Assembly (NCBI GenBank): GCA_965228855.1
Contig: CBDDIJ010000003.1
Coordinates: 352,001 to 416,000, forward strand
DNA from: Candidatus Obscuribacterales bacterium
GTDB taxonomy: Bacteria; Cyanobacteriota; Vampirovibrionia; Obscuribacterales; Obscuribacteraceae
Length of the DNA stretch: 64,000 nucleotides
Direction of reading: 5' to 3'
In this document: one piece after another, positions 10,735 to 22,298 of the stretch
How positions within the stretch are numbered: the first letter of the stretch is position 1
Layout of the letters: each line of letters starts with the position of its first letter
The notes under the pieces: generated by a model
Told to the model about the DNA's origin: nothing
The model's input: only the letters and a program-made list of their open reading frames with translations
Database searches by the model: none
Program-made: the position numbers and the translations under genes

Positions 10735-11676
10735 TTATATCAGCGACCAATTGCCGGGTAAACCTTCGGAATTTGCTGGATTCGGATTGTACTCGTCGAT
10801 CCCCCATAATCGGAATCCACCAAGAAATGCTGTTTGATTGTGACCCAATCGAGCTCCTGCTGGAAGCGATCTCACAAGTTTTGCATTGCCACCACCTACG
10901 ACGACATAGTCCGCATTAAAAGAATGAATCAACCGGATAACAAAATCGTGAACTGCTCTTCTCCATTTTTTTAAACCGATTTTTTTGATTGCTCGTTTTG
11001 ATAAAACATCTCCGACTGTGTTTCTCGAATCCCATCGCATATTGCCGAGTTCCATAGGCAGAATCGCGTGATCGACTATCATTGCCGAGCCGACGCCGGT
11101 GCCCAGTCCAAGGAAGATCATTCGACCACCTTCGTAACTGCCTACTGCTTGCATTGCAGCATCATTGACAAACTTAACGGGCTTTCCAAAGGCGGCTCCA
11201 TAGTCGAATCCGACCCAGCCAGATCCGAGGTTGCCGGGCTCCGAAAGTGGGCCATTCGTCCCTACCAGTCCGGGGAATCCGATTGATATGGCGTCGAACT
11301 TCCAATCCTGGGTTAACAGCTCAACTTGCTCGACCAACATGAGCGGAGTAAATTCAATTCCGGAGCGAACTTTCCTGGACTCCAATTCGCCACTCAAAAG
11401 CATTTTTGCCTTGGTGCCGCCTACGTCGATGGATAAGATTCGCATGCCCTCTGCATTTGCAGCACTTCGCGAAGAGTATCGTGATTCTGCCGTATCTCTG
11501 GTCGTGCGCTTTCGCTTTGTGCGCGCTTGGGGCTTCCTCGTTTGCTTTTTCTCCGAACGTTTCAGTCCATCGGTCGTTTTTCTTCTGTTATTGGCTGACT
11601 TGATCTTGGTGCTTGCGTTTGCCTTCTCTGCTACAGTTGCGGACTTACGAGTCGATTTGAGCTTGTTCTTTTTCAA
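10735..11676 (-). CDS. ROK family sugar kinase (polyphosphate glucokinase-like); start uncertain, alternative ATG at 11445
   Basis: SIDVGGT, SIGFPG, VNDAAMQA, LGLGTGVGS, VVGGGN motifs. Confidence 0.85.
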   Translation of the reverse strand: MKKNKLKSTRKSATVAEKANASTKIKSANNRRKTTDGLKRSEKKQTRKPQARTKRKRTTRDTAESRYSSRSAANAEGMRILSIDVGGTKAKMLLSGELESRKVRSGIEFTPLMLVEQVELLTQDWKFDAISIGFPGLVGTNGPLSEPGNLGSGWVGFDYGAAFGKPVKFVNDAAMQAVGSYEGGRMIFLGLGTGVGSAMIVDHAILPMELGNMRWDSRNTVGDVLSKRAIKKIGLKKWRRAVHDFVIRLIHSFNADYVVVGGGNAKLVRSLPAGARLGHNQTAFLGGFRLWGIDEYNPNPANSEGLPGNWSLI

Positions 11677-11959
11677 TTTTTTTCCACGCCCCTGCGGTAA
11701 CGAGAGATGTTTAGCACGGTAGGGTAAAATCGTAGAAAGATATGCGCAATGTTGAAAACGCAGGATTTTCGTATCTGCCAGCAGCCTAGTTCGAGACTCA
11801 GCTTACCGCAGAGGCTCAAACCGCCCGTGTTTGTCGCTGTTCCGAAGGTTTAATCGTAAGCGGCGAATCGCCCCGAAACGCTCTGGTGCAATTTCGGATT
11901 TCGGGTATCTTAAGGACATCGATATATGTATTTGTAGGGACCAATAAATTCTCAACTAA

Positions 11960-13753
11960 ATGACCAACGATCGGCTGAAGTCTGTTTTTTTTGTGTTGAT
12001 AACTGCAGTGGCGCTTCTTCAAGCATTCGCCTACAACACAGCTGCTTATTCAACCGATGATTGCGCATATCTTGATCAGGCTGTTTTGTTCGCACAGTTT
12101 GACTTCAAGCAGGCTGTAAACACCTATTGGAGTCCTCTGTATCCATTTATCGTCGCCATTATGCTCAAAATGTTCAGCCCTCCTCTCGCCCAGCAGCTGA
12201 TGGCTGTAAAGCTTTTGAACGTTTGCATCTTCGCGCTGATGCTCGCTTGTTTTAATTTCTTCCTCTCACGGTTTTTGAGCGCCTTCCCCGAAGTAGTATC
12301 TGACGCAGGCGAAGAACGCGGCGTCTTAAAGCATGCGAGACTTTCGCATCGCCAATGGCTAATTTTGGCGTACTCGGTCTTTGCATGGACTTCACTTTAC
12401 ATAGGGGGAATTAACCAGACAACGCCTGATTACCTGGTGAGCGCAAGCCTGTTCTTAGCCACTGGCATTGCAATCAATATCAAGAGAAACCCATCGGCAC
12501 TCTGGTTCGGATTGATGGGGGCTGTTTTAAGTTTCGGGTATCTAGCGAAGGCCTCGATGATACCGTCAATGGTGACCCTTATATTTCTTTCGGCTGCGCC
12601 ACTGCCCAAAGTCAGAGACAAAATCCTAAATGCCCTTGTGGCTGTCACCTGTGCTGTATTAATAGCAGCGCCGTACTGGATGGCGCTTTCTGTGAAAACT
12701 GGAAGTTTCTCCATAGGCTCTTCAGCCGGATTAAATTACATGTTATGGGTAAACCCCGGCTATAGCTTGTTAGGTAACAACAAGCCGGAAGTGGAGAAAC
12801 AGCTCGTTCACCCGATGGTAAGCTTGTCTTACAAACCAGACATTGTTGTCTTCGAAGATGTTCTGCCTGCAACGTTTCCACCATGGTTCGATCCCGGTTA
12901 TTTCGCGCAAGGACTTAAGGTCGTATTCAGTCCCACGGGCTCTGCAATTGCCCTGGTATTAAATGTGGTGTACCTGTTTTGTCTATTCGGGTGGCAATTA
13001 GTCGCTATCGCAATTGCAGGTCGGATATTCGCAAAGAAAGATTCTATTATTTTGTCCGGCTGGAAGAAGTCGCTAATTATCTGGCTTCCAGCAGTTATGA
13101 CAGCCTTTGGAATTTGTACGGTCATAAGTCTACCCAGTGGTTTCAGTACGCCGAGATACTTTGCTTCGACTGTTGTGCTGGTTTACCTTGCCTATTTCTA
13201 TTTGCGAAAATTTCCAGACACTGCACGGGGAAAGAAGGCGATGAAGGTATCCTTCTTAACTGCGTGTATAATCTCCGGCGCATTTTTCGCTTATGGCGTC
13301 GCCGGCGATACTTATCGACTCGCGCGAGGTCGAACCGACCAGCCTGCTAAGCTGGCTGTTGCGTTGCGCGAGATGGGTCTCAATCCGGGTGACAAAGTCG
13401 TGTTAATTGGAAAGGAATGTGCGGAGTGGGCGCGCATCGCTGGATTGAGAATCTCAGCGATTGTCGTTTCTGAGACGCCAGATCAGACCACCGATGACAT
13501 TAGTTATTTAAACTCGATTGTGGCGAAACTAAAGGCGGGCACAGGGGCGAAGGCTGCTGTCTATTTCCCGGATCCTATCTCTGACAATCTAGTGGAAGAG
13601 GAAGCACTTATAAAGACGTATCGCAATTTATTCACTTCACTGACCAGCATCAAGATAGCATCACCCCCCGAACGCTCGCGCTTCAGTCCCGAGTCCCTCC
13701 GTGATTGGAAGAAGGTCGATGGCGTGGAGTGCTACTTGTACTTTCTGCGCTAA
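11960..13753 (+). CDS. Polytopic membrane protein, probable GT-C fold glycosyltransferase
   Basis: N-terminal TM followed by DD..YLD and YWSPLYP loop, a TPD motif and many TM helices. Confidence 0.6.
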   Translation: MTNDRLKSVFFVLITAVALLQAFAYNTAAYSTDDCAYLDQAVLFAQFDFKQAVNTYWSPLYPFIVAIMLKMFSPPLAQQLMAVKLLNVCIFALMLACFNFFLSRFLSAFPEVVSDAGEERGVLKHARLSHRQWLILAYSVFAWTSLYIGGINQTTPDYLVSASLFLATGIAINIKRNPSALWFGLMGAVLSFGYLAKASMIPSMVTLIFLSAAPLPKVRDKILNALVAVTCAVLIAAPYWMALSVKTGSFSIGSSAGLNYMLWVNPGYSLLGNNKPEVEKQLVHPMVSLSYKPDIVVFEDVLPATFPPWFDPGYFAQGLKVVFSPTGSAIALVLNVVYLFCLFGWQLVAIAIAGRIFAKKDSIILSGWKKSLIIWLPAVMTAFGICTVISLPSGFSTPRYFASTVVLVYLAYFYLRKFPDTARGKKAMKVSFLTACIISGAFFAYGVAGDTYRLARGRTDQPAKLAVALREMGLNPGDKVVLIGKECAEWARIAGLRISAIVVSETPDQTTDDISYLNSIVAKLKAGTGAKAAVYFPDPISDNLVEEEALIKTYRNLFTSLTSIKIASPPERSRFSPESLRDWKKVDGVECYLYFLR

Positions 13754-13947
13754 CCAGTTTGGTTTAATTCTTGTTTTAAACTTTCAAAAGTGATTTCGGA
13801 GATGGGTTAACCGTCAGACTTCGGAGTGATTTTCAAAAAATCACCCTACATGGTTTTAACTTCGAGTGCTATCTTTTGGGAAGTAAGACTTATGAACAAA
13901 ACTCTCGAAGTGCTGGTTTGGCGTGACATGAGAGGGGAACGTGCTAA

Positions 13948-15021
13948 TTGAAAATGTTGCTTATTGAAGACAATCTGATTTTCGCCAGGTCCATTGAAGC
14001 CTTGTTGAAATCGAAAGCGACATTCGAAGTCGTTTTTGAGCACGTGAGTACGCTCGCTGATGCACTGCGGAGGCTACAACAGTTCCCAACCTCTTTAGAT
14101 GTAATCATTCTTGATTTGTCTCTACCGGACTCTAACGGCATCGCGACACTGCTTGATGTTAAGCGGTACTCTACCGGTGTACCGATTGTGGTGCTTACTG
14201 GCTCAGACTCGGAGCTTGGATTTGAAGCTGTTAAGCGGGGCGCTCAAGACTATCTTCAGAAAGGCGAATTCAATGCGTCGCATCTTCTGCGCTCCGTGCA
14301 ATACGCAGTTGAACGCGGTCGTTTCATCAGCGAGCGCGAAGATTTTGTCGCTACACTAACCCATGACCTGAAAAATCCTTTGATTGGTTGCGATAAGTTG
14401 CTCGAGTTATTAATAGATGGGAAATTGAAATGGGACACAGCGGAAAGAGATAACCTGATTCAACATATAAGAACCAGTAACAGAGCCGTTATCTCAATGA
14501 TCGATAATTTGCTGGATGTTTATAAGTACGACAAGAGTCTCGCCGAGTTGGCTCTTGAAAATACCAATCTGGTGCAGTTCGCGTTGAAGTGCATTGAAGA
14601 ATGGACACCTGTCGCGAATCTCAGGGGGGTAAGCCTCATTAATCTAAACGAGGAGCCGGTTAAGGTTATGATTGATGCGACATGCATGCGTCGCGTTTTT
14701 CAGAATTTGATCGACAATGCAATTAAATATAGCACTGCGGGCAGTGTCATAACTATTCATGTTTATGCAGACGATGAGAATGCCATCGTTGAAATTACAA
14801 ATCCAGGACAGCTTTTTTCCCGCACGGACTTGGCCAATTTGTTCAGTAGATTCTGGCGTGGAGAGAATCGCAAGAATGCCGTTGGCACTGGATTGGGGCT
14901 ATATCTATGCAGGCAGCTAATCGAGCTGCATCGAGGAAAGATAAGTTGTCGGCAGACAGAGGATGGTACTAGCACCACATTCTCCTTTGAGATACCAAGA
15001 TCGCTGAAACAAGCTTCTTGA
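13948..15021 (+). CDS. Hybrid response regulator / sensor histidine kinase (REC-HisKA-HATPase)
   Basis: LLIEDN and IILDLSLPD receiver motifs; THDLKNP H-box; NLIDNAIKY N-box; GTGLGL G-box. Confidence 0.92.
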   Translation: MKMLLIEDNLIFARSIEALLKSKATFEVVFEHVSTLADALRRLQQFPTSLDVIILDLSLPDSNGIATLLDVKRYSTGVPIVVLTGSDSELGFEAVKRGAQDYLQKGEFNASHLLRSVQYAVERGRFISEREDFVATLTHDLKNPLIGCDKLLELLIDGKLKWDTAERDNLIQHIRTSNRAVISMIDNLLDVYKYDKSLAELALENTNLVQFALKCIEEWTPVANLRGVSLINLNEEPVKVMIDATCMRRVFQNLIDNAIKYSTAGSVITIHVYADDENAIVEITNPGQLFSRTDLANLFSRFWRGENRKNAVGTGLGLYLCRQLIELHRGKISCRQTEDGTSTTFSFEIPRSLKQAS

Positions 15022-15217
15022 ACGGAGTGCTTTACTTTTCGTTTCTCGCAGTGCGATAAGTGGACAGCATTGTCAGTACTTACTGCCGGGATACCTACGA
15101 ATAGATTCTTCACTAGATTGAGCGCTGGCCCGTTGTCGTCATGAGAGTTTTCGCGATAGTTTCTACGCGATGTGCTACCACTCTTTTGTAGCTGGATGTA
15201 CGGCGAAGGTGCAAAAA

Positions 15218-15811
15218 ATGAAGCGCTTTTATTTGCTGGCTCTTATTCTGCCAATTACGATGAACATTCCTGTGTGGGCGTGGGATGCTGATGATATCGC
15301 CGAAATAATGCGCGATATGGAAATTAAAGCTCCGTCAATCAAACGACTGAGTGAGAAGAAAACAAAAGCGATTGCATTGTGCGCGCTAGACGTCAAGTCG
15401 AAGCGCGAAAAGTATGCTCGCACTTTGGATATGTTTTTAGAGGGCGTGGGCGCTGATAAGGATGTTGACACGGCGAAAGTTGAGTATGAAAAAGCTCAGG
15501 TCAACTTAGCAAGCCAGTGGAACAAGTCTCAGGAAGTTCTCCAAATTCTCCGGAAGCAAGATGTTCTTGCTCAGCGGTGGATGGCAGAGCGTGTAGCGAA
15601 GAATAAGGAGCTTGCTAAGGCCTGCGAGAGGGAGGACCATGCGACAGTGAAAGCACTCTCTCCTCAAAATGACACACATCCTAAACATGATGAGAGCAGC
15701 AAACCTTCGACCGTTCAGCCGAATCACACTTCGGTAAACCAGGTGAACGATAAGTCATTCACCCCTTCACCGAAAGACATAAATGCCGGAGTCCTACGCG
15801 AAGGACTTTAG
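15218..15811 (+). CDS. Secreted hypothetical protein
   Basis: MKRFYLLALILP...VWA signal peptide and helical body. Confidence 0.65.
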   Translation: MKRFYLLALILPITMNIPVWAWDADDIAEIMRDMEIKAPSIKRLSEKKTKAIALCALDVKSKREKYARTLDMFLEGVGADKDVDTAKVEYEKAQVNLASQWNKSQEVLQILRKQDVLAQRWMAERVAKNKELAKACEREDHATVKALSPQNDTHPKHDESSKPSTVQPNHTSVNQVNDKSFTPSPKDINAGVLREGL

Positions 15812-16203
15812 TGAACCTTATGCATTCTAAAGCAGCGGAAAGTCACAGCACGGAGCGTGAGAAGAGCGATTGGGCGCTCTTGATCATAGATGTGATCAAT
15901 GATCTGGACTTCCCTGGCAGTGAGCATCTCGCTGAATCATCGCCTGCACTCGCCGACCGAATTTTGGGAAGCTAAAACAATTGCGCGACAAGCAAATGTT
16001 CCAATTGGTCTCAGTGGATCAGCTCGCAGATACACTGAGTGACTGGTACGAAGCTGACAGATCATAGTCGAACTGGTTCGCTAGCCGAAGAACGACCTTC
16101 CGGCACCCGGTCGTCAGGTCTGGCAACTATTTGCAATCTAGGGCAAACGAAAAGCGACGCTTTGCAGCGTCGCTTCGTAACTGATATGAACTGTGAAAAA
16201 GCT

Positions 16204-16413
16204 TTAGTGCCGGCGTCCGTGGCTTTCGTAACTATCGCGTTTTTGAATGCTTCCGTCCCTCGCATAGATAAAAAGTTCTGACTTCTCCTCTTGAGCGACG
16301 CGTCTTCCGAACGTCTCTGCGTCATATCGCGTTTGGAAAAGCGCCTCGTTTTGTTCAGCAGCCCGAACGATCCACTGACTTCCAGAAGGCAGGACATGGA
16401 CGTCTTTTTTCAT
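16204..16413 (-). CDS. DUF2188 domain protein
   Basis: MKKDVHVLP...W...ELFIYARDGSIQKRDSY pattern; GAGGTG RBS. Confidence 0.85.
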   Translation of the reverse strand: MKKDVHVLPSGSQWIVRAAEQNEALFQTRYDAETFGRRVAQEEKSELFIYARDGSIQKRDSYESHGRRH

Positions 16414-16910
16414 TTTTAATACACCTCTTCGCTTGGTAAGTCACAAAAGGCGATTTAGTATCTGGCACGCCGTGACAGTTTCGATCCCAGCCTCGGCGCA
16501 CCCAATACCGTATTCACTTGTGAGGATCTCGATCACAAAACTGATCTGACGCTATGCCCGGCGCTCAATCAATTCGGCAATTGGAAACCGTATTTCAAAG
16601 ATAGCACCCGAATATCCGCAGTTGAAGTAGTTACAGACGATTCGCCCACTATCTGGTAGGTTACTATTGAATTCTATGAGCCTGGAGGCAACCTTTTTGA
16701 ATCCAAGAAAAAGACAAATTGAAATGTTATACGAGACTCACCAGCTTATTCGTTGGAGAAATCACGACACTATAGGTGGTGCCCATTTTAAGTACGGTTG
16801 CGCGAGCATTACGTGATGAAAAGTGAGTTTCAATTGTTTCAGAAAAGAAAGCCAATCTATCTTTCGATCACAAAATGATCGCTTAATTTGGAATAGAAAA
16901 GCGGAAGAAT

Positions 16911-17399
16911 TTGGAACCGAATATTGTGGGTCGCGTCGATGCTCAACACCCCAGCGCTGGACCGGCAGCAGCCAAAGGAGTTCTCAGTTCAGTTTCGAAT
17001 ATGGTTGATCAGAAAGTGGTGGCACCATGGACGGTGATGTTCGGCGATCAGTGGAGACAAGGCAACGCGCCCTCCCAGGTTTTACAGTGGTGTGTTGAGT
17101 CGGTTCGTTATAGCGGCGTGGTGTCGATCGTGGGAGTTTATCCACAGACTGCGAAATTCTTTCCGATTGGGCTGGCGATGAACAAATCGTTAACGATAAG
17201 AGGGGCGAACTGTAGTCACCGCAAGTACATGACCAAGCTGCTTGAAATTGTTGAAAAAGGTGATTTCCGTCCCTCCAGTATTCTGACGGTAACTGATGGA
17301 TTTACAGACGCGATCAGCTGCTATGAGAATTTTGATAAGCGCTGCTCAGGATGGGTGAAAGTGGAACTTATTCCGAATCAATCAACTAACATCAGTTAG
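16911..17399 (+). pseudogene. C-terminal remnant of a Zn-dependent alcohol / glutathione-dependent formaldehyde dehydrogenase
   Basis: GNAPSQVLQW, GVVSIVGVYP, FPIGLAMNKSLT, HRKY and GWVKVEL match the family C-terminus. The N-terminal Zn-binding half is missing and the upstream DNA is not open. Confidence 0.75.
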
Positions 17400-17573
17400 C
17401 CGACACAGGCTATCTATCGTTCCAAGGCCTTTGAAATGCAACTAAATTCCGACAAGGGTTCGTTTGCTTTTGGCTGCCTGGCGGCAACGTGGCCATTATG
17501 TGCTACTAGAAAAACAGTTGAAACTCAACCCTCTCACGGGCACGTTGAGGGGAATTCTGTTGGCAGAGTCGCG

Positions 17574-18344
17574 ATGAACACATCGATAAAGAGATTTCCA
17601 GGCGCGGACATCTTCGATTGGATAAGTCCAGTTGGGGCATCCGTTCGGCTGATGTTCGGGCTCTTAAGTCTCAAAGGAATCAAGGAGCTTGACTGGGTGG
17701 AGATGCGTGGGCACTGCCGCTGGATGGGTCTGCAATCCTTTCATTTTGTGAGCCTTTCGGCCGCGCTCGTTGCAATTGCCCTGACAATCGAAACCGTTGT
17801 TGAATTGCAGAAATTTCAGGCGCAGGATATCTCCGGTGCCGCGATTTCGATTGGGCTGCTCCGCGAAATCGGTCCGCTCACGATCAGTGCCGGATGGTGC
17901 GCGATGGTCGCAGCTCGGCTAGCCGAGGAAGCTAAAGTGCACTATCCCCAATACCACTCGGATAGAAGCTTTTCGCAGGGATTCATCCTGCCCCGACTGA
18001 TATGTGCACTCGGGATGTCTCTTCCGCTTGGCGCGTACGGGCTGCTCTTCGGCTTCCTCACGGGTGCGCTGTTCGCTCCCCTCATCGGAGTTACGTCGAC
18101 AACGGATTTTCTCGAATCCGCGCGTTTGGCTATCCACGATAAGGATATCGCTGTTTATTTCATCAAGTTGGTGCTTGTAAATCCAACTGTCGGTGTGTTC
18201 GCCGGTACTGTATGTGGAATGGCTGCAAAAGGTCGTCCCCAGCCTGTAGCAGCCAGTGCTGTTAGTGCAACGCTTCTAGTTTGTTTCGCTCTAAATCTGT
18301 TTGTAACTGTTGCTGCATACTTGCAAGGAGAGCCTAACCTATGA
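17574..18344 (+). CDS. mlaE: MlaE family ABC transporter permease
   Basis: LLREIGPLT motif, multiple TM helices; stop overlaps the start of the MCE gene. Confidence 0.8.
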   Translation: MNTSIKRFPGADIFDWISPVGASVRLMFGLLSLKGIKELDWVEMRGHCRWMGLQSFHFVSLSAALVAIALTIETVVELQKFQAQDISGAAISIGLLREIGPLTISAGWCAMVAARLAEEAKVHYPQYHSDRSFSQGFILPRLICALGMSLPLGAYGLLFGFLTGALFAPLIGVTSTTDFLESARLAIHDKDIAVYFIKLVLVNPTVGVFAGTVCGMAAKGRPQPVAASAVSATLLVCFALNLFVTVAAYLQGEPNL

Positions 18345-19678
18345 CCTCGACAGTCGACCGGCAGCAAGCAAATCAGAGCCAGATGCGTGACAGCCGCTTT
18401 GACAGTTCGCTAAGTATATTTTCGACTGTGGCGCTTATTCTTCTCTTGTGGGGATTTTGCTGGCTAAAAAACAACACTTCGCTGAGACCTCCGCAAATAA
18501 TCAACGTTGCCTTCCACGAAGTAGCGGGTCTGAATGCTAATGCCGGCGTGTTCGTGGACGGCGTCAGAGTTGGTATTGTCGATAAAATCGAATGGGTTGA
18601 AAGCCATCGAGTGCTTGTCAGAATTCGGATCAACTCAGATAGAGTTTCGATTCCTGTCGGCTCCAGCGTTTCTATTCTGACCAACGGAGTAGTCGGCGCG
18701 AAGTACGTTGAAATTACCATGCCACCAAAGCTTGCTGGTGGACGCCCAAAAATACCTAGCGATGAGGTTATTGATGGTATTGATCCAGTGCGACCTGAAC
18801 TGGCAATTAATAATTTGACGATAGCGCTCAGCGAAATTGACTTTCCGAATGTTCGGAAAAATCTCGAGGAAGACCATGACCGGGTAGTGCTTGCGACTGA
18901 TCAATTGACCGCATTGATGAAGAAATCCATGCCGCTTATCGAGAAAACTATTCCGTTGGAAGAGCGCGCAATTCATCTGTCTGACAAGTTGAACAAGGTA
19001 ACGGACAAGGTGTCGAAGCTTCTCGACAATCCGAATATCTCCTCGGACATCAAAGAGACCGCTCAACAGATTCGAATCACGATGGCTCACGTTCAGGAAG
19101 TCGTTAAAGAACTCAATGTCACTTTAACTGATGGTGAGCTTCGCCAGGATATCATCACAACAATGGATAAGTTGAATAAGGCCACTATCAGCGTTCAACA
19201 GTCCATGGAGATACTCCAAAGTATGAGTTCCGATAAGGAACTACGCGGTGATATCAAACAAATGCTGACTGACGCACGCGATACCATGGCTAAGGTCGAT
19301 CGAATTGTTTCTGATCCGAAATTTGGGACTGATCTGAAGGAAACTCTAGTGAAGAGCCAGGATGCGATCGAACATCTGGACCTGGCCGCACGGCAGATGA
19401 ATCAGATGATGAATAAGCGCGCTCCATTGCTGCATATGCTCTTCGGTCGACCCGGCAAGCTGCCGAAGAAAAAGAAGTCCGCCAAAGAAGTTGTGAAGGA
19501 ACGTTTGAGCGAGCCGAGTCAGAAACCGAAGCCAATTACCGCGCCGGTGAATTTGAAGCCCGTGCTACCTGAGCAGCGGTCAGAAACAGTTGTGCCTGCT
19601 GTGCCGGCTGTGCCTGTCGCGCCCATTGAACCGAGCACAAACGATACCTCAAGTGTCATTCCATCGGAATCTCACTAA
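18341..19678 (+). CDS. mlaD: MlaD/MCE family protein
   Basis: TM anchor, then F..VAGL...VFVDGVRVGIV...GVVGAKYVEI MCE domain and a long helical region. Confidence 0.85.
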   Translation: MTSTVDRQQANQSQMRDSRFDSSLSIFSTVALILLLWGFCWLKNNTSLRPPQIINVAFHEVAGLNANAGVFVDGVRVGIVDKIEWVESHRVLVRIRINSDRVSIPVGSSVSILTNGVVGAKYVEITMPPKLAGGRPKIPSDEVIDGIDPVRPELAINNLTIALSEIDFPNVRKNLEEDHDRVVLATDQLTALMKKSMPLIEKTIPLEERAIHLSDKLNKVTDKVSKLLDNPNISSDIKETAQQIRITMAHVQEVVKELNVTLTDGELRQDIITTMDKLNKATISVQQSMEILQSMSSDKELRGDIKQMLTDARDTMAKVDRIVSDPKFGTDLKETLVKSQDAIEHLDLAARQMNQMMNKRAPLLHMLFGRPGKLPKKKKSAKEVVKERLSEPSQKPKPITAPVNLKPVLPEQRSETVVPAVPAVPVAPIEPSTNDTSSVIPSESH

Positions 19679-19708
19679 TTCAATTTGAAACGGCGAGTAA
19701 AAAGGCGA

Positions 19709-21775
19709 TCACTTTCTCGACTTCTGCTTCTCCTTAGCGGCGCCCTCGACGCGTTTGCTCTGAAGGTCTTCTTGCAAGACCCGAAGCTGATCTCGTAGCT
19801 CTGCAGCTCTTTCGAATTCGAGGTTGCGAGCGGCATTCTTCATTTCCTTTTCCAGTTTCTTTATGACCTGGTGGATGTCGAGCCCATGCGATTCGAGAAC
19901 GTCCTTCACCGTAGCGACCCACTTCTGTTTAGTGTCGCCGACTTCGAGTTCTTCTCTGCGACCACGCAACGTTTCCAAAATACTGTTAGTGGTGTCTTTG
20001 ACGATTGTAGTTGGAGTGATGTTGTGTTCGATGTTGTGTGCAGTTTGAATATCGCGACGGCGTTTGGTTTCGCTCATCGCCTTAGCCATCGAATCAGTAA
20101 TTCGATCTCCGTAGAGAACCACCTGACCGGCAGAATTTCTCGCCGCCCGACCGATAGTTTGAACCAGAGATCTTTCGGCGCGGAGGAAACCTTCTTTGTC
20201 TGCTTCCATAATCGCGACGAGCGAAACTTCCGGAAGGTCGAGACCTTCTCTCAAGAGGTTGACCCCGACAAGCACATCGAATGCACCGAGGCGCAGGTCT
20301 CGCAAAAGTTCTATCCGTTCCAAAGCCTTGATATCGCTGTGCAGCCAGCGTACCCGAATGTCGATTTCCTGGAGATAGTCGGTCAAGTCCTCTGCCATGC
20401 GCTTTGTCAAAGTGGTGATTAAAACTCGTTCTTGCTTGGCAGAACGTTCCTTGATCTCGCGAATGAGATCGTCGATTTGACCCTCAATAGGACGCACTTC
20501 AATCTCAGGATCTACCAGTCCGGTCGGTCGAATAATTTGTTCGACGACCTGCTCGCTGACCTCCAGCTCCCAGTCTCCTGGTGTAGCTGAAACGAAAACG
20601 ATCTGACCAACCTTGTTGAAAAACTCATCGGCTTTCAACGGTCGATTGTCACGCGCACAGGGAAGTCTGAAACCGTAGTCGATTAGAACGTCCTTACGCG
20701 CTCGATCGCCCTTGTACATGCCGTGCAATTGCGGCACTGTTACGTGCGATTCATCGATGAAGGTGAGGAAACCGTCGCGACCGAATCGACGCACGAAGTA
20801 ATCAATCAGAGTTTGTGGTGGCTCCCCTGGTGACCGACCCTCCAGGACTCTCGAATAATTTTCAATGCCGTTGCAGTAGCCGACTTCCTTGAGCATCTCG
20901 ATATCGAAGCGCGTTCGCTGCTTAAGGCGCTGCGCTTCGACGGCTTTGCCCTGACCGACGAGTTCACCGATACGTTCTTCCAATTCGTATTCAATCTGTT
21001 CGATAGCAGCTTCTAGAGCCAGCTCATCCGTGACGTAGTGCTTAGCCGGGTAGATCCGAATCATCTGCGGCATCTCTTCGATTTCGCCGGTGACCGGATT
21101 GATGAGCGTCAAACGCTCGACTTCATCTCCGAAGAGTTCGATGCGAATAATTCGTTCTTCGTAGGATGGATAAACCTCGATCACGTCTCCACGAGCGCGA
21201 AACCGCGACCGTTCAACCACCATGTCGTTGCGTTCGTAATAGATGTGCACGAGATCTTTCAGAAACTCATGCCTGTTCAACTCGCTTCCTACTGAAACTT
21301 CCAACGCCGCTGACAAATAACGTTCCGGAACTCCAAGACCGTAAATGCAACTGACCGACGCTACAACCACGACATCATCACGTTCATACAGCGATCGCGT
21401 GGTCGAGTGTCTCAATCGGTCGATTTCATCGTTGATGCTGGCTTCTTTCTCGATGAATGTATCGCTTGATGGGATGTAAGATTCCGGCTGATAGTAGTCG
21501 TAATAACTGATGAAATATTCGACTGCATTCTTGGGAAAGAAGTCGCGCATCTCGTTGCAAAGCTGCGCTGCAAGCGTTTTGTTATGCGCGAGAATCAGCG
21601 CCGGCTTCTGAGTTTCCTTGATGACATTCGCCATCGTCATCGTTTTACCGGAGCCCGTCACCCCGAGGAGCGTCTGGTGTTGCAGTCTTTTCAACACTCC
21701 TTCGGTCAACGCCTTGATTGCCTTTGGTTGGTCCCCAGCCGGCGGATAGGTCGAAACGAGACTCAGTTCTTTCAT
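19709..21775 (-). CDS. uvrB: Excinuclease ABC subunit B
   Basis: [43 protein letters not shown] and C-terminal UVR domain. Confidence 0.98.
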   Translation of the reverse strand: MKELSLVSTYPPAGDQPKAIKALTEGVLKRLQHQTLLGVTGSGKTMTMANVIKETQKPALILAHNKTLAAQLCNEMRDFFPKNAVEYFISYYDYYQPESYIPSSDTFIEKEASINDEIDRLRHSTTRSLYERDDVVVVASVSCIYGLGVPERYLSAALEVSVGSELNRHEFLKDLVHIYYERNDMVVERSRFRARGDVIEVYPSYEERIIRIELFGDEVERLTLINPVTGEIEEMPQMIRIYPAKHYVTDELALEAAIEQIEYELEERIGELVGQGKAVEAQRLKQRTRFDIEMLKEVGYCNGIENYSRVLEGRSPGEPPQTLIDYFVRRFGRDGFLTFIDESHVTVPQLHGMYKGDRARKDVLIDYGFRLPCARDNRPLKADEFFNKVGQIVFVSATPGDWELEVSEQVVEQIIRPTGLVDPEIEVRPIEGQIDDLIREIKERSAKQERVLITTLTKRMAEDLTDYLQEIDIRVRWLHSDIKALERIELLRDLRLGAFDVLVGVNLLREGLDLPEVSLVAIMEADKEGFLRAERSLVQTIGRAARNSAGQVVLYGDRITDSMAKAMSETKRRRDIQTAHNIEHNITPTTIVKDTTNSILETLRGRREELEVGDTKQKWVATVKDVLESHGLDIHQVIKKLEKEMKNAARNLEFERAAELRDQLRVLQEDLQSKRVEGAAKEKQKSRK

Positions 21776-21952
21776 ATCACCCTTATTGGCTAAATCTGCT
21801 CAGCGGCGGCATGAGCAAGCGGTTTACTTCTGTAATTGAGTATAAAGTCAAAATCGCAATGCCAACCAAAAATAGCTGGAATTGCGACTAAGTTTAAGCC
21901 TGAACATATTTTGCTCGCGTCCGGTCCCCCGGAGCCTGGTGCTAGAGCTCTG

Positions 21953-22237
21953 TTATCCTGTGGTCGCCGATTCTTCGGTCTCGACTTCCTCGGCTGCTGC
22001 CTTTCTCTCGCCGACCGCAGCCGGCGTCTTTTCGGTTTTCTTCGAAGACTTCGGTTGATCCTTCTTCTCGGCGTCTTCGATTCCCGCGGCAACCTGATCC
22101 TGCGCGTCATTGAGCGCTTTTTTGAAGTTGCCAATACCTTGGCCTAGCGATCTGCCGATTTCCGGGAATTTCTTTGGTCCGAACAGCAAAAGTGCTGCTG
22201 CTGCTACGATTCCCCATTCAACTGGGCTGCTTAACAT
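21953..22237 (-). CDS. tatA: Twin-arginine translocase TatA/E
   Basis: LLLFGPKKFPEIGRSLGQGIGNFKKA signature. ATG 22237 follows GAGGGG. Confidence 0.92.
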   Translation of the reverse strand: MLSSPVEWGIVAAAALLLFGPKKFPEIGRSLGQGIGNFKKALNDAQDQVAAGIEDAEKKDQPKSSKKTEKTPAAVGERKAAAEEVETEESATTG

Positions 22238-22298
22238 GACTTTGCCCCTCATCCTTGGTCATTTTGACCGCGCTGTCTTACTTATTTTAATACAGATC

